From a virus, in the IMG/VR virus record IMGVR_UViG_3300005731_000013, positions 1 to 64,000 of that record: a DNA stretch of 64,000 nt. One strand, 5' to 3'. Below the pieces are notes generated by a model. The model was given only the letters and a program-made list of their open reading frames with translations, searched no databases and was not told where the DNA came from. Both the position numbers and the translations under genes were made by a program. This document shows, one piece after another, positions 58,016-64,000 of this stretch (the first letter of the stretch is position 1; the number at the start of each line of letters is the position of its first letter).

Positions 58016-58389
58016 TGGACTTTATAATTACCTTCAAGTATATTGCCACGTGCAAAATTACGAGCAGGTGCGTTCCAGCCTGCTGCTTTCAAAATATCAC
58101 CGCGACGGAATTGTTTGTCATTTTCGCCAATAATAATGAAGCCCCAAACGCTGCCGTTGGAGACAATTTTGATATATTTGCGGCCAGCTATAACTTCAAT
58201 ACTGTTATTAAACTCTGCAATCATCTGTTTACGGAGTTCAGTGTATCCGCCGCGGGAAAAAGTAGCATAATCTGCTTTGATCTTTTCAATCAAAGTGTCA
58301 ACACCTTCTCCGAATTTATTGGCGTCAGCTGACATTTGTTTAATATCCATCAAATCATTTCCTGTGCTTACAATATCAATATAAAGCAA
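57997..58389 (-). CDS. Conserved phage hypothetical protein (start probably at MDIKQ)
   Basis: GRKYIKIV...SVWGFI......F..GDILKAAGWNAPARNFARGNI. Confidence 0.7.
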   Translation of the reverse strand: MLYIDIVSTGNDLMDIKQMSADANKFGEGVDTLIEKIKADYATFSRGGYTELRKQMIAEFNNSIEVIAGRKYIKIVSNGSVWGFIIIGENDKQFRRGDILKAAGWNAPARNFARGNILEGNYKVHWTGAM

Positions 58390-58406
58390 AGCCTATTGCT
58401 AGTCAA
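58378..58406 (-). promoter_or_regulatory. Sigma70-like early promoter
   Basis: TTGACT-17 nt-TATATT. Confidence 0.7.
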
Positions 58407-58426
58407 CCAATAATTTAAATATTGTG

Positions 58427-58792
58427 TTAAAAATCTAAGTTTTGTTCAAGTTTTGCTTTCATTATTGATTCATTAGCTGTATTGTATCCATCAATGATAT
58501 GTTTCAATTCATAAATGTCATAACAATTATGAATTTCTAAGAATTGAGGATATGACATTGCTTCTGACAGAATATCATAGTCTTGACTATGTGGCGATGT
58601 CCAGCGCAAATTATCAACAAATGCAGCCCAAGCTAATTCTCTATATTCAACAACAACTTTCATATAATCGTTGTAAAGTTTTTCAATATTTTGTTTAGAC
58701 ATGATGTTTGTTCGCACAAATTGGGCCAAGACCAGTTTCAATTGATTCAGGTGCAGTAAGTAGACGGCCGCAGGCGCCACATTTGTTGGCAT
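58427..58792 (-). CDS. Hypothetical protein (start probably at MSKQN)
   Basis: ORF following the zinc-finger gene. Confidence 0.5.
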   Translation of the reverse strand: MPTNVAPAAVYLLHLNQLKLVLAQFVRTNIMSKQNIEKLYNDYMKVVVEYRELAWAAFVDNLRWTSPHSQDYDILSEAMSYPQFLEIHNCYDIYELKHIIDGYNTANESIMKAKLEQNLDF

Positions 58793-59147
58793 GATAAAAT
58801 TCGAGTTGTTCAGGATTTCTGCCTAGGTGAATATTACCAACAAGCCAATCGATTGCTTTGAACCCAACTAAATTTGGTGATCCTTTTTTACCAGCATACA
58901 TCATGCCTTTATGATCTGTTAGCAAATATCCCAAATAAGTATAATTTGTTTCATTGTCTGGGCCTGTCAACATTTTAACAAAACGCACAGAAGATGTGTC
59001 ATTCATATTATGCATTTTAGTCACTCGATACGTAAACCGTTTCGACGTCTTATTACTAACAATAGTAAATGTTGCGTTGCCTGCATATATAAACCGTTCA
59101 ATAGATTTTGGGTCGATAATTTGATATTTAAAAACTTCACATGACAT
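58695..59147 (-). CDS. Hypothetical protein with C-terminal zinc finger (DUF6011-like)
   Basis: AGNATFTI.S.KT..RFTY; LTGPDNE..Y.YLG; CGACGRLLTAPESI..GLGPIC. Confidence 0.75.
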   Translation of the reverse strand: MSCEVFKYQIIDPKSIERFIYAGNATFTIVSNKTSKRFTYRVTKMHNMNDTSSVRFVKMLTGPDNETNYTYLGYLLTDHKGMMYAGKKGSPNLVGFKAIDWLVGNIHLGRNPEQLEFYHANKCGACGRLLTAPESIETGLGPICANKHHV

Positions 59148-59188
59148 TGTCGAATCCTGATATGAACATTTGTTGGTGTTTACATATC

Positions 59189-59217
59189 AATATAAAGCAA
59201 AGTAGATTACTTGTCAA
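59189..59217 (-). promoter_or_regulatory. Sigma70-like early promoter
   Basis: TTGACA-17 nt-TATATT. Confidence 0.7.
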
Positions 59218-59230
59218 TCATTTTTAAAAA

Positions 59231-59968
59231 TTATCCAATTAATATTCCTAAGCCTGCGCTTCCATCTTTGTATAGTTTGATATCTTCTTCCAATTGATTC
59301 ATTATTTCAATTGCCTCAGCTTTAAGTTGGTCACCATTCAATGTTGTGCCGCCTTGAGGGCCTGCCAACGTTGCAAATTTACTTCTTGCTTCTCCTAGCA
59401 TCATTTTACTCATAGCAAGGGCATATTCTTTAATCCAAGGCAATGCATAATGATCTGCAAACAAATCATCTTCCTCACGATATTGATAAACATGTGCATA
59501 GATATCTTTTTTATATGTTGGTCGACGATGAATACGAAGTTGATGTTGTGTTCGATTCCAAGTATAGGTATATTCAGCACCAAATAATCGACCTAATAAT
59601 TCATGATGCTGTGCTAAGAAATCATACATAGCCAAACTACCAGATCCACTACCATTACCATATCCACGTAAAAATGTATTCCAATAATTGGCTTCAAATG
59701 GTTCAAAATCCACGCCATTGCTTGAACCTGCAACTGATCCATAAAGATCTCTTACGTCTATTATATTATGCGGCATAGTGTATACATCTTTATATGGTTC
59801 AATTTCAAAATGATAAAAATTTTCTTCAACCGCATTTTCACTGCGCTGTCGGAATTTTTCCAAGGCTTTGTCAATTGCCAATTGAAAATGTTCTGGGTCA
59901 AGTTCTACATCGACCATCTGCCCACCTAGTCGTAATTCAATTTCTTTTGTTATTTTTGCACGATTCAT
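59231..59968 (-). CDS. Neck protein (gp13-like)
   Basis: LRLGGQMVDVEL, WIKEYALA..K..LGEARSKF...GPQGGTTLNG. Confidence 0.85.
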   Translation of the reverse strand: MNRAKITKEIELRLGGQMVDVELDPEHFQLAIDKALEKFRQRSENAVEENFYHFEIEPYKDVYTMPHNIIDVRDLYGSVAGSSNGVDFEPFEANYWNTFLRGYGNGSGSGSLAMYDFLAQHHELLGRLFGAEYTYTWNRTQHQLRIHRRPTYKKDIYAHVYQYREEDDLFADHYALPWIKEYALAMSKMMLGEARSKFATLAGPQGGTTLNGDQLKAEAIEIMNQLEEDIKLYKDGSAGLGILIG

Positions 59969-60024
59969 TTAATCATCTCCGCTTCTAAAATATTTATCAT
60001 AATACAATAAATACTATAAAGGAT

Positions 60025-60717
60025 ATGTTTATGCGGTTACATCAGTTGACAGAAAATAAAGACTATAATGATGCTAAAAAAATAAAACCATTATTGTCAC
60101 GAGATGCAGAACGCGCCCTTAATAGTTGGGAATTTTCAAATTGGGATTCAGGCGAATTATCAAACCACTTTGAAAACAACACTGCTATCGCACAAGAACT
60201 TATTACTGCTTTCGAACCTGTTCGTAACAATATGCGTAAACGATATGGCAACACAATCAAATTATATCGAGGAATCGATGAATATGCAACAGGAGTTCGT
60301 GATGACAGATTACTTTTCTCTTGGACAATTGACCCTGCAATAGCCAAGGAGTTTGCAGGGCAAAATCGTAATAAACAAAAGGCAGCTTTGAAAAAAGTGC
60401 CTGATGACACTGCGGTCAATGCTGCAATTGAAAGATTTCACAAGACAGGGTTCACATCATTCTTAGGATACAAATATATTTTAAATAAAAATAATCCTAA
60501 ATATTATGACATTTATAGAGGTAAAAGTTACCAAACAGATGGAGATAATATTGAACGCGAATTATTTCGACAACGTGATTACATGAAACAACGTACTAAA
60601 GATTATAGTAATATCCCAGGTCAGGTTATTGAAAAAAATATTCCAATTGATGATATAATTTGGGTTTTGATGGGCGGCAATGCTCAAGAATATATTGTAA
60701 AAGGTCATGCTGAATGA
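60025..60717 (+). CDS. R-S-E type ADP-ribosyltransferase-like protein
   Basis: IKLYRGI...FSWTIDPAIAKEFA...AQEYIV; MRLHQLTE N-terminus. Confidence 0.6.
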   Translation: MFMRLHQLTENKDYNDAKKIKPLLSRDAERALNSWEFSNWDSGELSNHFENNTAIAQELITAFEPVRNNMRKRYGNTIKLYRGIDEYATGVRDDRLLFSWTIDPAIAKEFAGQNRNKQKAALKKVPDDTAVNAAIERFHKTGFTSFLGYKYILNKNNPKYYDIYRGKSYQTDGDNIERELFRQRDYMKQRTKDYSNIPGQVIEKNIPIDDIIWVLMGGNAQEYIVKGHAE

Positions 60718-60744
60718 TCAATATTATAGATAAAGGAATAGCCA

Positions 60745-61800
60745 ATGCCACGACTTAGTATGTGGAGTCCTAATAAGACAAATGATTATAAATTCCATGA
60801 CAGGCAAATTCGTGAGCAATTTCATGTTGGCGGGACAGGAGCCATCATTCACAAATATCTTGGTCCTGAAGATGGAACAATCACTGATGATCCAACTAGA
60901 CCAGATTATCAAAATGACAGTCAAATCAATGAAACCTCAATACAAGATTTATTACTGCTTGAAAATAGAGATCGTAAATATGACAAAGATTTGTATGAAT
61001 TGCGGGGTGTCTATAATGTAAGTGATAATGATTTTGATCTAACACAATTTGGTTTATTTCTTACAAACGATGTGCTTTATATAACATTCCATATGAATGA
61101 AATGGTTGAAATCTTGGGTCGAAAATTAATGAATGGTGATGTAATTGAATTACCTCACCTGATAGACGATATTGGTTTAGATGCAGATACACCTCCTATT
61201 CCAAAATTTTATGTAGTTGAAGATGGAAATAAAGGTGGCGAAGGGTTCAGCGCAACCTGGTGGTCACATATTTGGAGATGTAAAATAGCACCAATTACTG
61301 ATAGTCAAGAATATGACGACATATTAGGAACCGCCGTTGATGATGAATCACTTAAAAATATTTTCAGCACATTTAGTGCAGAATTGGATATCACTAATGC
61401 TGTAGTTGAAAGTGCAAGTAATCATGATCCCATTGGGGGCGGAACACAATTAGTAGATCATTTATACAATTATGTTAATGACCAAGGGTATGAGTGGAAT
61501 CCTGGTGAAACTATCGATCAAGGTGACAATTTCCCATCAAATCCAAATCAAGGTGATTTTTTTATCCGAACTGATTTTCAACCAAATAGACTGTTTTCCT
61601 TTAATGATAATAAATGGATTCGCATGTATGACAATATAGATGACCAATTATGGAGTGACCGAACATTTAATGCTTCAACGTTTGTTAATAACAAAGAAGA
61701 AGATGTTGCGAAAGGTCAACGTTACGATTCCAGACAAAGTATTACTGATGCAATCTTACCTCGTAACGATTTTGATGATGATACTGGTCTTGATAATTAA
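60745..61800 (+). CDS. Neck protein (gp14-like)
   Basis: IQDLLLLENRDRKYD, DFDLTQFGLFL, GDVIELPH; lies between gp13-like and gp15-like genes. Confidence 0.7.
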   Translation: MPRLSMWSPNKTNDYKFHDRQIREQFHVGGTGAIIHKYLGPEDGTITDDPTRPDYQNDSQINETSIQDLLLLENRDRKYDKDLYELRGVYNVSDNDFDLTQFGLFLTNDVLYITFHMNEMVEILGRKLMNGDVIELPHLIDDIGLDADTPPIPKFYVVEDGNKGGEGFSATWWSHIWRCKIAPITDSQEYDDILGTAVDDESLKNIFSTFSAELDITNAVVESASNHDPIGGGTQLVDHLYNYVNDQGYEWNPGETIDQGDNFPSNPNQGDFFIRTDFQPNRLFSFNDNKWIRMYDNIDDQLWSDRTFNASTFVNNKEEDVAKGQRYDSRQSITDAILPRNDFDDDTGLDN

Positions 61801-61855
61801 CCATCATAAAAATATATGTCGAAACCACGATAAATAATATTAAAGGATTTACTTT

Positions 61856-63208
61856 ATGCAGCATTTTTATGATGAATCTATTAGACGATACTTATTGCAA
61901 TTTGTCAGAATCTTTGGTTCATTCACTGTCCAAAAAGGCAAGGATGTCCAAGGAAATCCAGTTTATGAATCTGTGCCTGCACGATATGGTGACATGAGCC
62001 GCAATGTAGGTCACATTTTGAAAAACAATAGTGAAAATACATTGAATGCTGTTCCTTTTATTAGCTGTTATGTTAACAATTTAGAAATGAATGCTGATTT
62101 ACGACGCTACCCACAATTTCAAGAAACATTACAGGTGATTGAAAAGGAATTTGATGAAAATCAACACAAATATGTTGATGAACCTGGTCAGAGTTATGAT
62201 GTGACACGTTACCAACCTGTGCCATATATGTTAACTATGACTGTCGATATATGGACAAGCAACACTGATCAGAAGTTACAACTATTAGAACAGATCCTCG
62301 TATTATTTAACCCAGGCATAAATTTACACACTAATCAAAATACACTTGATTGGACAAGTTTAACATATTGTGAATTGACCAGCACTAATTGGTCAAGTAG
62401 AACTATGCCATCAGGGACTGACACTGTGATTGATGTCGCAACATTAACTTTTGAAATTCCAATCTTTATCAATCCACCAGTGCGTGTCCAACGAATGAAT
62501 ATTATCCAAACAATATTAACTAAAATGCATACATTGGATTTAGTTGATTTTGAGACATGGTCAATCGACGACCTTACCCCTGACTCACCAAATTTTGTCA
62601 TTACAACATTAGAAGATTTTTGGCTTAAATTTGAAGATGGAGATGCATTGTTATTAAAATCTGATGGATCTGACCAAGGCGGGGATGGTTCTATTCTGAA
62701 TTGGAACGATGATGTGTTTACAGCATATGGCGAGCTACGCCCAGGAATCAGCCAGATACGCTTACGACAAGGCGGTGACGTTACTGATCCAACAAATGAT
62801 GTTATAGGGACTATCGACTATCACCCTACCAATACACAAATGTTATCTGTTACTATTGATACTGATACTTTACCTTCTAACACACAAACTGCTATCAATG
62901 CAATCATTAATCCTCAATCAAATTATCCTGGTGATGGAACATTAGATGCTGCAATTAGTGGCCAACGATATTTGATATTAGATGAAATTCCAACAGGCGG
63001 GGCTTGGGGGAATATAATCGCTAATACCAATGATATAATTGAATATAATGGATCAAATTGGGTCGTAAGCTTTGACGCCAAAGCCAATAATGATACAGAA
63101 TATGTGACCAATCTTGCTACGTCAGATCAATTTGAATGGTCTGGTTCCTATTGGCAAAACAGTTATGAAGGCATATACAGAGAAGGCTGGTGGCGCTTAT
63201 ACATTTAA
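61856..63208 (+). CDS. Tail sheath stabilizer/completion protein (gp15-like)
   Basis: HFYDESIRRYLLQF.RIF, PVPYML...VDIWT, QLLEQILVLFNP. Confidence 0.82.
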   Translation: MQHFYDESIRRYLLQFVRIFGSFTVQKGKDVQGNPVYESVPARYGDMSRNVGHILKNNSENTLNAVPFISCYVNNLEMNADLRRYPQFQETLQVIEKEFDENQHKYVDEPGQSYDVTRYQPVPYMLTMTVDIWTSNTDQKLQLLEQILVLFNPGINLHTNQNTLDWTSLTYCELTSTNWSSRTMPSGTDTVIDVATLTFEIPIFINPPVRVQRMNIIQTILTKMHTLDLVDFETWSIDDLTPDSPNFVITTLEDFWLKFEDGDALLLKSDGSDQGGDGSILNWNDDVFTAYGELRPGISQIRLRQGGDVTDPTNDVIGTIDYHPTNTQMLSVTIDTDTLPSNTQTAINAIINPQSNYPGDGTLDAAISGQRYLILDEIPTGGAWGNIIANTNDIIEYNGSNWVVSFDAKANNDTEYVTNLATSDQFEWSGSYWQNSYEGIYREGWWRLYI

Positions 63209-63219
63209 TAAATAAATGT

Positions 63220-64000
63220 ATGAAGACACTACATGAATTATATCATAAACGATCATTGCGTATGAGTGAAATATCTCATTTAGATCTTACGTTATTGCCA
63301 CCAAATATCACTAATTTAAAATCTGCCAGACAAATCGTATGGCATTTATATCATCAAATATATAATATTCCGTCTTGCAAACACCCTAATTGTTCTGAAA
63401 ATGCAAAATGGCATCGATCGTATTATGGTAAATTCTGTTCTAAAAAATGTTCAGCATCTGACCCATCTACTATTACAAAAGCACAAACTACAATTATTAA
63501 TAGATATGGAAGTCACAAGCCATTAATTGAAAAAAGTGCAGCAAAACGGAAACAAACAAATTTAGAGAGATATGGTGTTGAAAATCCTTGGGGTAACAAG
63601 TCTGTCAGAGAAAAAATCACAGCGACAAACTTAGAACGTTACGATGTTGAAAATGCTGGCGGCACAGAAATATCACAATTGAAGGCGCAGCATACTAAAC
63701 AAGAGAAGTATGGCGATAAATTTTACAACAACCGACATCAAGCAAAAAAGACAAATTTAGAGAGATATGGAACTGAACATGCGTCACAATGTGATCGTGT
63801 AAAAGAAAAAACTGCAAATACATTTAATACAAAACATGATGGAATATTTCATAATTCGCCATCGATTTCTGAAAAAATTAAAAATACAAAATTAGAAAAA
63901 TATAATGATGAATCATATTCTAATCGTGAGAAAGCTATACAAACTAATTTAGAAAAATATGGTCATTCTAATGTTATGAATTGTCCTGCAATAAAACTAT
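63220..64000 (+). CDS. Fifth Hef-like endonuclease paralogue (partial, runs off window)
   Basis: Manual translation MKTLHELY...ARQIVWHL...CKHPNC...FCSKKC...TNLERYGVENP repeats; N-terminus matches the paralogues at 40467 and 48126. Confidence 0.8.
   Translation, partial: MKTLHELYHKRSLRMSEISHLDLTLLPPNITNLKSARQIVWHLYHQIYNIPSCKHPNCSENAKWHRSYYGKFCSKKCSASDPSTITKAQTTIINRYGSHKPLIEKSAAKRKQTNLERYGVENPWGNKSVREKITATNLERYDVENAGGTEISQLKAQHTKQEKYGDKFYNNRHQAKKTNLERYGTEHASQCDRVKEKTANTFNTKHDGIFHNSPSISEKIKNTKLEKYNDESYSNREKAIQTNLEKYGHSNVMNCPAIKL

Noticed and set aside
229-63111. Many 60-200 aa ORFs antisense to or nested in long genes (e.g. 1679-2272+, 5490-5990+, 37706-38161+, 53065-53604+)
   Set aside because: Shadow frames of well-supported genes, without SD or motifs.

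Overview
AT-rich 64 kb segment of a large T4-related (jumbo-type) myovirus genome in the standard genetic code, transcribed mostly on the minus strand. It holds replication/recombination genes (class II RNR NrdJ, glutaredoxin, gp41-like helicase, primase, a 194-aa DnaE-like core, UvsW, UvsY, UvsX, gp32, dNMP kinase) and virion genes (terminase, gp4, tail tube, tail sheath, gp13/14/15-like neck, a PAAR-lysozyme fusion, many probable head proteins), plus clusters of small sigma70-driven early genes. Main result: two conserved genes are each broken into two ORFs carrying complementary halves of split inteins, which implies protein trans-splicing. UvsW is split inside its DECH motif (103-aa IntN, 35-aa IntC). 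TerL has an atypical 30-aa IntN and a 114-aa IntC with a free-standing endonuclease between the halves. NrdJ carries a third, cis intein. Five paralogous Hef/Vsr-like endonucleases, the four complete ones ending in a Mom-like GNAT domain, sit beside core genes. Other signals: probable head-packaged enzymes sharing a capsid-targeting-like N-terminus, an RxKxLAGI motif family, TAAATA-N5-ATG probably leaderless late genes, an ATT start codon, and an ExbB/ExbD-like module between sheath and tube. I saw no tRNA, rRNA or CRISPR array. All family assignments come from motif recognition by eye; no searches were run.
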